64,000 bases of DNA from Alphaproteobacteria bacterium (GTDB lineage Bacteria > Pseudomonadota > Alphaproteobacteria > UBA7887): positions 2,528,001 through 2,592,000 of the forward strand of contig CBDCGL010000011.1 in NCBI GenBank assembly GCA_965216755.1. Reading direction: 5' to 3'. This document shows, in pieces, positions 49,801 through 59,160 of the stretch (positions are counted from its first letter, which is position 1; every line of letters starts with the position of its first letter). The translations under genes and the position numbers were made by a program. The notes under the pieces were generated by a model, which saw only the letters and a program-made list of their open reading frames with translations, was not told the DNA's origin and did no database searches.

Positions 49801-49980
49801 GCGATCTTGGGCGTATTGAATGACAATGGCGAAGTGTTGGGCGGTCAGCGTTTGTTTGAAGAGGTCGCGGCGCGAGTCAATTTCGTCGCCCAGTCATACG
49901 GCCTTGAACAATTGCCGCAATATTCGCCGATCCGGTTTGCCGGCCATGAATCCGGCGACTTCTTTTTCGTGCCGCTCTAA
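46822..49980 (+). CDS. Exported Sel1 + coiled-coil + caspase-family (peptidase C14) protein
   Basis: GGAGG RBS; N-terminal hydrophobic segment; two Sel1 repeats; ~470-aa coiled coil; ALVIGSNDY and catalytic dyad YAGHG / ADSCYSG. Confidence 0.9.
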   Translation: MTVEAYETHPRRFGPRRFATLSARWGLFAALCLAMPGLVVSATSSPHGDWFIRPAAAATNVADKFTVVDCVLPGQVRKLGRRTTYLTARRATKTSILDCEIRGGEYVAYDRASYQTALNVWMDEAGAGDPQAQLYVGEIYEKGLGVAPDYDLAAVWYKKAAEQGLAPAQVNLGNLYEKGLGVPKDPDTALAWYRRASGLPDVGLDYMPFGDFAQQVEGLRQELASRTEQLELRTEELAQRTQEVEQLRGSLGQAQRSLHETTRQLSASQKAASAKQAELAAEQQALAAERAALTASTEAVKTERARLEAALQNAGGTDPAELQALQARLQESEQNVAKHRQALEIRNQQVTQLNSEVTQRNQEIAALQTVADSKDAEFAALKQELSEGSSGAVALRQQLDRREAELKQLTAKLSGTQTELETTKNALAARTSEATAQRQQLDSVRSELEAQQKALDALKAQQDGLVDKEEADSARNTLQMQLQDRADAYIQAEAEVARLNSALADSQGEVAQLQNQVNQLAVQATNQREQLASAELAVESSSATEDALKQEVERRAAEVGSLNQQLAELADTLQQKSAQLARREADSELASNQLAAAQQELSDTRTALEALQSDTTANTADLNQRIQALTAQYQAGQEKAAQLDAELADSRSEIGRLESQLANLEVTANSQEQELVTAEQQFVDAGPIIELIDPALLVTPEGRTIARTRGGIESRVLIGRVTAPSGLLTLTINDVEQQFDEQGLFRASLPVIGATTGVTISAVDSNGYRSALDFSLELDGSGEIAAPPTPEVKTPSQPPLVPIADVKFGNYYALVIGSNDYAHLPDLETAITDARAVSQVLRDKYGFIVTTLENATRYDILSAMNEFRETLTEEDNFLLYYAGHGELDRVNQRGHWLPIDAEPDSTANWISNVAIADILNAMNAKHVLVVADSCYSGALTRTALARLNTGMTQEQLTQWLKVMVQKRARLALTSGGLQPVYDSFGGDHSVFANAILGVLNDNGEVLGGQRLFEEVAARVNFVAQSYGLEQLPQYSPIRFAGHESGDFFFVPL

Positions 49981-50005
49981 ACCTGACCAAACCGAACGAC
50001 CATCG

Positions 50006-50038
50006 AAGGCCGCCGCCGCAAAGCGGCGGCCTTTTTTT
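50006..50038 (+). terminator. Rho-independent terminator after the caspase gene
   Basis: AAGGCCGCCGC-cgcaaa-GCGGCGGCCTT followed by a T tract. Confidence 0.85.
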
Positions 50039-50245
50039 CAGCCGGCAACCGGTCATGCCCACGGCAGCGTTGACCGACCGGTTCGTGGCGCCGGCCCTGC
50101 CGCACACCCAAAGACGCCATGGCCGAGCCTAATCCGGCACGACTTCACGGTACATCCCGTCGGCTACGCATCCATGGCAAGCAAATCGTTCAAATGCTTA
50201 TCCAACTGGCCGAGCGTCCGTGTCGGCGCCGAACAGAGCAAGATG

Positions 50246-50377
50246 GCCGCCGACGGTTTCGCCGGATTCAATCACGTGCCTTGAGCGCCAATTTGTTGCG
50301 CAGAGACTTAAGCATGTACATGCCTGAAAACCGGCACCGCTCACGACAGCATCAAAATCCGGCGTCGGGTTGGCCAT
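50246..50377 (-). pseudogene. Frameshifted 5' remnant of a Baeyer-Villiger (cyclohexanone-type) monooxygenase
   Basis: Switching frame twice gives MANPTPDFDAVVSGAGF-SGMYMLKSLRNKLALKAR-VIESGETVGG; GGGGGA RBS; the expected TWYWNRYPG is absent. Confidence 0.65.
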
Positions 50378-50714
50378 AATTCCCCCACACTTGGAGTAAG
50401 TCGTGGGTGAAATGCGTCCCCTTAGGGACTCAACGAGCCTGAGCACGTGAACCGAGAGCGCGCGTCCCCTGCCCCTGGGACCACGCGTCGTTGCAATCAT
50501 TCACAAAAACTATGGCCGTATCGCGGGCCGACCGCAAGCACCCGACCGTGGACAAATCTGGGCTGTGCCGACCCCGGCGCGGTAGCCCTTGACCGTCGTC
50601 ACCGGATCGCCCGGGCGGGCGATGCCGAGCCATAGTTTCGCAGCGATACTGAACGACTGACGCCACAATGCAGAACGTGGCGTTTTGGTTGGCCAAACCG
50701 TCGAGGAGGCATCC

Positions 50715-51203
50715 GTGATCAACAAGCTCGTTGCGCTCGCCATGGCCGCAATGGTTGGGACCTCGGTGCACGAAATTCCAACCAGGGGATTCAAGCCAAC
50801 GGGAATGCTTGGCTGGAATGGCGTGGCAAGCAGCCGCATGGTCGCGGAAGATGACACTGTTTGGGTCGATGAGATTTCCGGAATGTTTTTCGCCGACGAC
50901 GGCGATACCAACCCGATGCATCTTGCGGTGGTCAAATGCCCGGGAGAACTCGATCCAGGTCTAGACGACAGCGCGATCAACATCTCCGGGTATTGCACCG
51001 TCGCCGACCGCGACAGCGATGTGGCGTTTGTAGACGTGGATAGCCCGTGGAGCGCGCACCCAGACGCGGCACCCGGCAGCTTCCGCTGGGCCGGCGGCAC
51101 GGGAAAATATGCGGGCCTCACCGGAATCAACACGTTCACCGCTGTCACAACCAATAAACGCGAAAACGGCAGCGCGTCGGGCTACGCCATTTGGAATCGT
51201 TGA
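50715..51203 (+). CDS. Hypothetical exported beta-rich protein
   Basis: GAGGAGG RBS before GTG; signal-like N-terminus; VKCP, GYCT and GGTGKYAGLTG motifs. Confidence 0.65.
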   Translation: MINKLVALAMAAMVGTSVHEIPTRGFKPTGMLGWNGVASSRMVAEDDTVWVDEISGMFFADDGDTNPMHLAVVKCPGELDPGLDDSAINISGYCTVADRDSDVAFVDVDSPWSAHPDAAPGSFRWAGGTGKYAGLTGINTFTAVTTNKRENGSASGYAIWNR

Positions 51204-51361
51204 ACGGGCGCTACGCGACATATTTTTCGTCAGGGCCGGGCTTGACCCGGCTACAAATAAACACAGGCGCGCGCGGCGGGTGCTACGGCCGAAGGTCTGC
51301 GTTTAGAGCGCCACGGGTAAAAGCGGAGAAGTGGCGCGCACAGCGCGCAACACTCAAACGC

Positions 51362-51712
51362 CTAGTCGTCGGTCTCGCCGCCTTGGGGGCCGTAGAAGAT
51401 CACCCACGTGCCGAAATCGTCGGTGAAATCTTCGAAGCGGTGTTCGACACCAGCGGCCACAAACAAGGCGTCGCCGGGACCAAACCGATGACGCTGGTCG
51501 CCATTGACGAAAAAGCCGGATCCTGCCGCAACGATGTAGATTTCGTCTTGCTCGTGGGGCGTCTGCGCGTCGACCCCGCGCGGCGCATAGTAGCGCAACT
51601 GCATGCTGCCATGGGTCATGAGCACAGCCGACCGTGCGCCTTCTATAATCGGCGCCGCAGTCGCCTGGGCCAGCGTCGCATGCCACTGTACTTCGTTGTC
51701 GTTTGTTGCCAT
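51362..51712 (-). CDS. Cupin domain protein
   Basis: QTPHEQDEIYIV and FVAAGVEHRFEDF. Confidence 0.88.
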   Translation of the reverse strand: MATNDNEVQWHATLAQATAAPIIEGARSAVLMTHGSMQLRYYAPRGVDAQTPHEQDEIYIVAAGSGFFVNGDQRHRFGPGDALFVAAGVEHRFEDFTDDFGTWVIFYGPQGGETDD

Positions 51713-51724
51713 GGCAATCAAGTC

Positions 51725-53248
51725 CTACTCGGCCGCGTCTTGTGCGTGGGCACTGTTGTCGGGGCGCCAGCGCAGCTTCGGGTGGCGGGCCGCCGCCGTT
51801 TCATCCAATCGACCACGCGGCGCGTGGCGCGGCTTGCCGTGAAAATAATCGACGTCCCCCGACCGCGCCCGCGCCAGAAGCCCCAGCATGACGTCACAAA
51901 ACATATCCAAGGTTGCGCGCGATTCGGTTTCGGTCGGCTCGATGAGCATGGCGCCATGCACGACCAGGGGAAAATAGATGGTCATGGGGTACATGCCTTC
52001 GTCGATCAGCGCTTTGGCGATATCAAGTGTGGTCAAGCCAGTGCCCTTGAGCGGCCCGTCGTCCAGCAGCACCTCGTGCATGCATGGTCCCGGAAATGAA
52101 CTGGGCCACCGTTCCGCCAAGCGCGCGCGGACATAGTTGGCATTGAGCACGGCGTCTTCGGCAACTTGCCGCAGGCCGTCGGCACCATGGCTCATCATGT
52201 AGGCCAACGCGCGCACAAACATGCCCATCTGGCCATGGAAGGCGCGCAGACGGCCAAATGAGTCTTCGCCGGCCGGGGCATCCGCGCCGGCGTGCTCAAT
52301 CAGGTCAAGACCATCGTCCGTCGCAACAATCCATGGGCGCGGCGCATAGGGCGCCAGTTCGGCCGTCATCACCACCGGCCCGGCGCCCGGACCACCGCCG
52401 CCATGGGGCGTGGAAAAGGTCTTGTGCAGGTTCAGATGCATGACGTCGACGCCCAGATCGGCCGGCCGCACGCGCCCGACGATGGCGTTGAAATTGGCCC
52501 CATCGCAATAAAACATGCCGCCGGCGTCGTGAACCGCGTCCGCGACCGTAATGATGTCTGATTCAAACAACCCGCAGGTATTGGGATTGGTCAGCATGAT
52601 CGCCGCGACATCTGACCCAAGCCGCGCCCGCAGCGCCGCCAGGTCGATCCGGCCGGTGTCATCGGACGGAATCGATTCAACCCGATAGCCACAAGTCGCC
52701 GCCGTCGCCGGATTGGTGCCGTGGGCGGAGTCGGGCACGAGCACGACTTGGCGTGCGTCGCCGCGTGCTTCCAGACAGCTGCGGATCGCCATGATGCCGC
52801 AAAGTTCGCCCTGGGCGCCAGCGGCCGGCGACATGGCCACCGCATCCATGCCAGTCAAGGCCTTGAGCCAGTCGGCCAGTGTTTGGATCAGCGCCAACGC
52901 CCCTTGCACGGTCTGCACAGGCTGCAGAGGATGGATATCGGCGAAGCCGGGCAGTCGCGCAAGCCGTTCGCCGAGCCGCGGATTGTGTTTCATGGTGCAC
53001 GACCCGAGCGGGAAAAAACCCAGGTCGATGCCGAAGTTATTGCGGCTTAGCCGCGTAAAATGACGCACGACCTCGGGCTCGGAAAGTCCCGGCAAACCGA
53101 TCGACGCGGTCCGTTCCATGCCGCCTAAGCGCGGCGTATCGAACGCGACCGTGGGCATATCAACGCCGGCGCGACTGGGATCGCCCTGTTCGAAAATCAA
53201 CGGTTCCTCGATCTGAAGGCCCCGATTGTCGGTGATCGTGTCGGTCAT
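51725..53248 (-). CDS. gcvPB: Glycine dehydrogenase (decarboxylating) subunit 2
   Basis: LGSCTMKHNP, SAHGTNPA, HLNLHKTFSTPHGGGGPG and IEPTETES. Confidence 0.96.
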   Translation of the reverse strand: MTDTITDNRGLQIEEPLIFEQGDPSRAGVDMPTVAFDTPRLGGMERTASIGLPGLSEPEVVRHFTRLSRNNFGIDLGFFPLGSCTMKHNPRLGERLARLPGFADIHPLQPVQTVQGALALIQTLADWLKALTGMDAVAMSPAAGAQGELCGIMAIRSCLEARGDARQVVLVPDSAHGTNPATAATCGYRVESIPSDDTGRIDLAALRARLGSDVAAIMLTNPNTCGLFESDIITVADAVHDAGGMFYCDGANFNAIVGRVRPADLGVDVMHLNLHKTFSTPHGGGGPGAGPVVMTAELAPYAPRPWIVATDDGLDLIEHAGADAPAGEDSFGRLRAFHGQMGMFVRALAYMMSHGADGLRQVAEDAVLNANYVRARLAERWPSSFPGPCMHEVLLDDGPLKGTGLTTLDIAKALIDEGMYPMTIYFPLVVHGAMLIEPTETESRATLDMFCDVMLGLLARARSGDVDYFHGKPRHAPRGRLDETAAARHPKLRWRPDNSAHAQDAAE

Positions 53249-53280
53249 GCCCGCCTCAATGCAGTCGTCATCGCTGGCGC

Positions 53281-54642
53281 CTATGACAACGCGGCGGCGA
53301 GCGCCGTGACGTAGGCATCAATGTCTTCATCACTGTTGGTCTCCGTTGCCGCAACCAGAAGCAGATCCGCAAACGCGCCATGGTCGGGATAGAGCCGCGA
53401 CAGCGGGACACCGGCCAGCACCCTACGATCCGCCAACGCATCGACGACGTCGGCTGCGTTTGCTGGCAAACGAATAGAAAACTCATTAAAAAAGCTACGG
53501 TTGAGCACTTCGACGCCGTTGATCGTAGCCAGACGATCGGCCAAGCGGCAGGCGGTAGCATGGTTGAGCCGCGCCAGGTCAACCAGCCCCCGTTCGCCCA
53601 GCAGCGCCAGGTGGATCGTAACCGCCAGCGAACACAGACCAGAATTGGTACAGATGTTGCTGGTGGCCTTCTCGCGACGAATATGCTGCTCACGGGCGCT
53701 CAAGGTCAGCACCCAGCCACGTCGGCCTTGGGCGTCGACCGTTTCGCCAACCAACCGCCCCGGCATTTGGCGCACAAAACGGGTGCGGCTGGCGAACAGC
53801 CCAACGTAGGGCCCACCGAAATTCAGCCCGACGCCGAAGCTCTGGCCCTCGGCGACCACGATGTCGGCGCCCATGTCGCCCGGCGCGCGCAAGGCACCGA
53901 ATGCGACCGCTTCGGTAACCGCCACCACCAGCAACGCGCCAGCCTTGTGACATGCTTCTGCCAACGCCGTGACGTCGCGCACGACGCCGAAAAGATCCGG
54001 ATATTGCACCACCACGCAGGCGGTATCCCCGTCCACCACGGCGGCCAATGGTTCTTCACCCTTGACCACGACGTCGGGCGCGAAGGGCTCGCGCGTGATA
54101 ACCTCTAACTCAGTGAAGCGCGCCAGGGTCTGCACAACGTCGGCATAGTGTGGATGGAGCCCGCCGGACAAGACCGCCTTTTGCCGACGCGTGACGCGCG
54201 CCGCCATCAGCACCGCTTCGGCGCACGCGGTCGAGCCGTCATACATCGACGCGTTGGCTACATCCATACCGGTCAGCAGGGCCACTTGAGTCTGAAACTC
54301 AAACAGCGCTTGCAACGTACCCTGACTGATCTCCGGCTGATACGGGGTGTAGGCGGTGAGAAATTCGCCGCGTTGGATCAATGCATCAACGGCGGCCGGC
54401 ACATGGTGGCGATAAGCGCCGGCTCCCAAAAAGCTGGGCACCGCGCCAGCCGTCACGTTCTGTGCCGCCAGCGCCGTCAACTCGCGCTCAACCGCAAGCT
54501 CGCCGGCGTGGTTGGGCAATCCATTGATGCGATCGCGGCGCGCCGACTTGGGCACATCGGCATACAGGTCATCGATCGAGCCCACACCGACCGCGCCCAG
54601 CATGGCGTGACGATCAGCGTCGGTCAGCGGCAAGAAACGCAT
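53281..54642 (-). CDS. gcvPA: Glycine dehydrogenase (decarboxylating) subunit 1
   Basis: [20 protein letters not shown] and [17 protein letters not shown]. Confidence 0.96.
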   Translation of the reverse strand: MRFLPLTDADRHAMLGAVGVGSIDDLYADVPKSARRDRINGLPNHAGELAVERELTALAAQNVTAGAVPSFLGAGAYRHHVPAAVDALIQRGEFLTAYTPYQPEISQGTLQALFEFQTQVALLTGMDVANASMYDGSTACAEAVLMAARVTRRQKAVLSGGLHPHYADVVQTLARFTELEVITREPFAPDVVVKGEEPLAAVVDGDTACVVVQYPDLFGVVRDVTALAEACHKAGALLVVAVTEAVAFGALRAPGDMGADIVVAEGQSFGVGLNFGGPYVGLFASRTRFVRQMPGRLVGETVDAQGRRGWVLTLSAREQHIRREKATSNICTNSGLCSLAVTIHLALLGERGLVDLARLNHATACRLADRLATINGVEVLNRSFFNEFSIRLPANAADVVDALADRRVLAGVPLSRLYPDHGAFADLLLVAATETNSDEDIDAYVTALAAALS

Positions 54643-54695
54643 GCGCGGTTCCTCAATGGTTGGCGACCGGTGGCATGAATGACCGGCGCGATTGG

Positions 54696-55073
54696 TTACT
54701 CGAGACCGCCGACATAGGCCTTGTAAGCCGTCTCATCCATCAATCCATCGACTTGCCCCGGATCGCGCATTTCGATCTTCAAGAACCAACCATCGCCAGT
54801 CGGATCGGCGTTCACCTTGCCGGGGTCCTCGGTCAAGCTCTGGTTCGTTTCCAGCACCGTGCCGGCGATTGGGGCATAGACCTCGCTCGCCGCCTTCACC
54901 GATTCGATCACAGCGGCCTCGTCGCCCTGGTCCAAGCTCTTGCCTGTCTCTGGCAAATCGACAAAGACGATATCGCCAAGTTGTTCTTGGGCATATGCGC
55001 TGATGCCGATCACGGCGGTGTCTCCATCAACGCGGACCCATTCGTGCTCTTCGGTATATTTCAGCTCACTCAT
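54696..55073 (-). CDS. gcvH: Glycine cleavage system H protein
   Basis: HEWVR, LGDIVFV and lipoyl-lysine motif ESVKAASE. Confidence 0.96.
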   Translation of the reverse strand: MSELKYTEEHEWVRVDGDTAVIGISAYAQEQLGDIVFVDLPETGKSLDQGDEAAVIESVKAASEVYAPIAGTVLETNQSLTEDPGKVNADPTGDGWFLKIEMRDPGQVDGLMDETAYKAYVGGLE

Positions 55074-55117
55074 AGCGGCTTTCCCCAAGATTATGTGCGC
55101 CCATCATTGTTTGCGTC

Positions 55118-56239
55118 CTAATCACGATGATAGCGATGGGGCACAAACGGCATTTTTGTCACCTCTGCCGCGATTTGGCGGCCGCGCACGTCCAGCTGCA
55201 CCGTCACACCGGGTTTGGCGTGGGTCGCGGCGACATAGGCCATGGCAATCGGGCCCTCAACCGTTGGCCCGTAACCGCCACTGGTGACGCGGCCAATCTC
55301 GCGGGTCCCGTCCGCATCCAAAACGCGGGCGCCCACGCGCGCGATCGCACGGCCCTCAGGGCACAGACCGACCCGCCGCCTGGTCGGGCCATCGGTCAGT
55401 TGCGCGCTGATCGTATCGGCGCCGGGAAAGCCCCCTTCGGTGCGCCGGCGGCGACCGATGGTCCAGGCCAGCCCGGCCTCGATCGGCGTCGTTTCCGTAT
55501 CGATGTCATGGCCGTAGAGACACAAGCCCGCCTCCAGCCGGAGCGAATCGCGCGCGCCCAACCCTGCCAGCATGACAGCATCATCAGCAAACAAACTCTC
55601 CGCGACCGTTTCCGCATCGGCCGCGGCAACCGAAATCTCGAATCCATCTTCACCGGTGTAGCCGGAGCGCGAAACAATCGCATCGCACCCGGCGATACCG
55701 AAAGATGCCGAAGTCATGAAAGCAAGGCCATCGCTGCCAGGGGCCCGAGACGCCAAAACCCGCGCGGCCGACGGCCCCTGCAATGCCAACAACGCCCGAT
55801 CATATTGCGCGCTGACTTCGAGATCTTCACTGCGCAATGTGGCGACATGATCAAAATCGCTTTCCTTGCAAGCGGCGTTCACAACCAGACGCAAGCCGTC
55901 CTCGGTGGCCGTTACAATCAGATCATCGACGATCCCACCGCGATCATTGGTGAACATGGCATAACGCATGGCGCCCGGCGCCAATTCGATCAGATCGGCC
56001 GGGATCAAGGTTTCCAGGGCGGCGGCGACACCGACGCCAGTTACCGTGATCTGGCCCATATGCGAGACGTCAAACAATGCCGCATGCGCCCGGCAGTGGC
56101 GGTGCTCGGCCAGAATGCCCGCCGCAAAATGCAAGGGCATCGCATAGCCGGCAAACGGCACCATCTTGGCGCCACGGCCAAGATGAAACGCGTGCAATGG
56201 AGATTGTTTCAGATTGTCGCTTTGCGACGAAGCACTCAC
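55118..56239 (-). CDS. gcvT: Glycine cleavage system aminomethyltransferase T
   Basis: LFDVSHMGQ, RSGYTGEDGFEI and GLGARDSLRLEAGLCLYG. Confidence 0.96.
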   Translation of the reverse strand: MSASSQSDNLKQSPLHAFHLGRGAKMVPFAGYAMPLHFAAGILAEHRHCRAHAALFDVSHMGQITVTGVGVAAALETLIPADLIELAPGAMRYAMFTNDRGGIVDDLIVTATEDGLRLVVNAACKESDFDHVATLRSEDLEVSAQYDRALLALQGPSAARVLASRAPGSDGLAFMTSASFGIAGCDAIVSRSGYTGEDGFEISVAAADAETVAESLFADDAVMLAGLGARDSLRLEAGLCLYGHDIDTETTPIEAGLAWTIGRRRRTEGGFPGADTISAQLTDGPTRRRVGLCPEGRAIARVGARVLDADGTREIGRVTSGGYGPTVEGPIAMAYVAATHAKPGVTVQLDVRGRQIAAEVTKMPFVPHRYHRD

Positions 56240-56292
56240 AGCGTCAGGTCCTCGAGCCGCGTGCGGTCCGCCCTGTGCGTACCGTCACGTGC

Positions 56293-56525
56293 CCCCTCTG
56301 TCTGAGAACCTGAGAGATTCACCGGGCTGCTACCCCGCAGCCGCGGCTTACGCCTTCGGTGAGGCCATCGCTTGTCTTCGCAATGACCTGCTTTCCAGAG
56401 TATGTCGCGCCCGCCACGGTCCTTTTGCCTGAGAGTTTCCGGGGCGGTTGCTCCTTCGGCGCCGGCGCCCAACGGCTGACATCAATCTACGTGCCGGCGT
56501 TAGGGTCCGAACTCTCCCACGGCGG
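56293..56525 (-). promoter_or_regulatory. Tandem glycine riboswitch
   Basis: Minus strand reads GGGAGAG...GCCGAAGGAGCAA...AAACTCTCAGGCAAAAGGAC then CTCTGGAAAG...CACCGAAGG...AATCTCTCAGG...GACAGAG, directly upstream of gcvT. Confidence 0.93.
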
Positions 56526-56574
56526 GGAAGCCGCGTATTATATGGTGATCAAGGCGGTTCGCCAAGCATCGCGG

Positions 56575-57180
56575 TCACTGGTCGCGCAAGGCACGCTCAT
56601 ACGCCAATTGCTCGGGTGTTAGTTGAAAGCCCACGACAACCTCGTATTGCCAACCCGGAATATCGTCCGAGACCGGAATGTCGAGCGTGATTTCCTCTGG
56701 TTCCGATTGCACCGCTTGCGCAACCCCGCCCGGAAACGTGACTTCCGCCATGAAGGCTTGCTTTGTGACGACCTCTCGGTCGGGACCGACAACCGCAACG
56801 AAATAGGGCACGGTCTCGACCGTCTCGCGATCGGTCGCTTCCGCCGCGGGACCACGGCGCGCCGCAACCAACAAGACGACATCAAAGCTGAGTCCAATCA
56901 GCTCCTCATCGTCGATGTCATACTCACACTGTGAATAATCGACGCCGACGAACTGGGCTTCCAGCTCAATATTGGCGATACCAGGTTGTCCCTGCGGGCG
57001 GAAGCGCGTAAAGCGCTCGCCTTCGGCCAACACGCGCACATGGGGGCACGGCAAAGATTCGACCGCGAACGGACCATCTCCGCTACAGCCGACAAGCGTC
57101 GGCGCAACAAGGCTCAACGCGGCGATCGCGAGCATACGGCCGCGCATCTTGTTTCGTGATGACCTGCTTGCCGCTGTCAT
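56575..57180 (-). CDS. Conserved alphaproteobacterial lipoprotein of unknown function
   Basis: Lipobox LVGC; CPHVRVL, VPYFVAV and VVGFQLTPEQLAY; start may be 57147. Confidence 0.75.
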   Translation of the reverse strand: MTAASRSSRNKMRGRMLAIAALSLVAPTLVGCSGDGPFAVESLPCPHVRVLAEGERFTRFRPQGQPGIANIELEAQFVGVDYSQCEYDIDDEELIGLSFDVVLLVAARRGPAAEATDRETVETVPYFVAVVGPDREVVTKQAFMAEVTFPGGVAQAVQSEPEEITLDIPVSDDIPGWQYEVVVGFQLTPEQLAYERALRDQ

Positions 57181-57234
57181 GCCACCCTCTGCTTGGCCGT
57201 TGTCATCGCGCGCCGTCGCTCGGTCGGTCGTGGA

Positions 57235-57474
57235 TCAAAGTTTATTGTGCGTTCCATCGCAATGGGGTGCGTTGCTGGTTTGCTTGCACCCGCACAACCA
57301 CGCTGTGCCGCTTTCGTCGGCCTTGAACACGTGCGGCATCATGCCGGTGCCCGTGTGCGAACCATCGCAGAATGGCTGCTTTGCGCTGCGGCCACATCGA
57401 CACCACGCATAGTTTTTGCCGGCCTCAAGTGTCACCTCGAACGGCTCTTTCTGCGCAATCTGCGGTTCGCTCAT
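57235..57474 (-). CDS. CDGSH iron-sulfur domain protein (two CDGSH motifs)
   Basis: WCRCGRSAKQPFCDGSH and LCGCKQTSNAPHCDGTH; GAGGAG RBS. Confidence 0.93.
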   Translation of the reverse strand: MSEPQIAQKEPFEVTLEAGKNYAWCRCGRSAKQPFCDGSHTGTGMMPHVFKADESGTAWLCGCKQTSNAPHCDGTHNKL

Positions 57475-57663
57475 ACCGCACTCCTCGCATCAATGGATTG
57501 TCGTGACAGGGTGAATTTGCAGACGGCCCACGCAATATCAAAGATACAGGCCGACCGCGCGGTCGGATTATGTCATAGAGCCCAGAGCTTTGCTATACAG
57601 CGCCCATGGCCGTTGCAGGTTAAGATCTGCGCTGGCTTGTGCGGACAATCTGGCGGCGAACGC

Positions 57664-58626
57664 GTGGCAGTTTATACACAACTCACAGAGCATGATCTTG
57701 AGCCGTTGCTCGCCAGCTACGAACTCGGCCGGTTGGTGTCCCTAATCGGCATCGCCGAAGGTGTCGAGAATTCCAACTACTTGCTACTGACCGATCGCGG
57801 CCGCTTTATCCTGACCATCTATGAAAAACGCGTGCGGCGCGAAGACTTGCCCTATTTTCTCTCGCTTCTGGCGCACCTGTCCGCACGTGGTTTTCCGAGT
57901 CCGCAACCCTTGCGCACGGCGGCGGGCGACATGCTCACCGATGTCGCCGGTAAGCCGGCCGCCGTCGTGACATTTCTTGCTGGCGTTTGGCCGCGCCGGC
58001 AATGGCCCGAACATTGCCGGGCGCTTGGTGGCGTGTTGGCAACTATGCACCGATTGGCAAGCGATTTTGACGGCTTCCGTGCCAATGATCTTTCCGTCGG
58101 CACATGGCGCCAACTGTTCAACCGCACGGCCGACGCGGCCGATGACGTGCAGACGGGGCTGCGGTCAAAGATCGAACGCGAGCTGGATATTTTGGAATCC
58201 CAATGGCCCGCTGACTTGCCGGCCGGTGTCATTCATGCAGATCTGTTTCCGGACAACGTGTTTTTTCAGCGTGGCGTGATATCCGGCGTAATCGACTTCT
58301 ATTTTGCGTGCAATGATTTCTTTGCTTACGATATCGCCGTGTGTCTGAATGCGTGGTGTTTCGAAATCGACGGCGCTTTCAACATCACCAAGGCGCGGCA
58401 TTTTCTGTCGGCCTACCGCGATGGCCGATCCTTTTCCGACCAAGAGCTACATATGCTGCCGTTGCTGTGCCGGGGCGCCACCATGCGCTTTCTGCTGACG
58501 CGCCTCTATGATTGGGTGAACACGCCGGTTGATGCCCTGGTGCGGCCGAAAAACCCACTGGAATATTGGCAGAAGCTGCGCTTCCACCAGGCCGTGTCAT
58601 CGCCTGCCGCGTATGGCCTCGACTAA
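57664..58626 (+). CDS. thrB: Homoserine kinase type II
   Basis: AVYT start, [30 protein letters not shown] and [10 protein letters not shown]. Confidence 0.95.
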   Translation: MAVYTQLTEHDLEPLLASYELGRLVSLIGIAEGVENSNYLLLTDRGRFILTIYEKRVRREDLPYFLSLLAHLSARGFPSPQPLRTAAGDMLTDVAGKPAAVVTFLAGVWPRRQWPEHCRALGGVLATMHRLASDFDGFRANDLSVGTWRQLFNRTADAADDVQTGLRSKIERELDILESQWPADLPAGVIHADLFPDNVFFQRGVISGVIDFYFACNDFFAYDIAVCLNAWCFEIDGAFNITKARHFLSAYRDGRSFSDQELHMLPLLCRGATMRFLLTRLYDWVNTPVDALVRPKNPLEYWQKLRFHQAVSSPAAYGLD

Positions 58627-58643
58627 CGCGAGTCCGATTTGCC

Positions 58644-59087
58644 ATGAGCACATCAAAAGCCGTTGAAATTCATACCGACGGTGCCTGTTCGGGCAATCCG
58701 GGTCCCGGCGGCTGGGGTGCCGTGCTACGCTATGGCGACAATGTGCGCGAATTGAGCGGCGGCGAAGCAGCGACCACCAACAACCGTATGGAATTGATGG
58801 CCGCTATCGTCGCGTTGGAAACGCTGAAATGGCCGGTGACCGCCAACCTACACACTGACTCAGTCTATGTGCGCGACGGCATCACCAAATGGCTGCACGG
58901 TTGGAAGAAAAACGGCTGGCGAACCGCAGCCAAAAAACCGGTCAAGAATGTCGATCTATGGCAACGTCTCGAACAAGCCGTCGCCCGTCACGACGTGCAC
59001 TGGCACTGGGTCAAGGGCCATGCCGGCGATCCCGGCAACGAACGGGCCGATGCCCTTGCCCGCGCGGCCTTAGAGAACTACCGATAA
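58644..59087 (+). CDS. rnhA: Ribonuclease HI
   Basis: [23 protein letters not shown] and WVKGHAG...NERAD. Confidence 0.97.
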   Translation: MSTSKAVEIHTDGACSGNPGPGGWGAVLRYGDNVRELSGGEAATTNNRMELMAAIVALETLKWPVTANLHTDSVYVRDGITKWLHGWKKNGWRTAAKKPVKNVDLWQRLEQAVARHDVHWHWVKGHAGDPGNERADALARAALENYR

Positions 59088-59160
59088 CGTCAGCCGGGCG
59101 CGAACCGGGCGCCGGTGCGACACGCCGTACTTTTGATAAAACAAGCGCGACCAATACCGA

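Noticed and set aside
38759-49980. Type VI secretion cluster (ClpV plus TssL/TagL-like OmpA proteins)
   Set aside because: The ATPase is single-domain, and no tssB/C, hcp, vgrG, tssM or baseplate genes are visible
57193-57663. N-terminal extension of ThrB
   Set aside because: It overlaps the CDGSH gene on the opposite strand; the family start AVYT is at 57664
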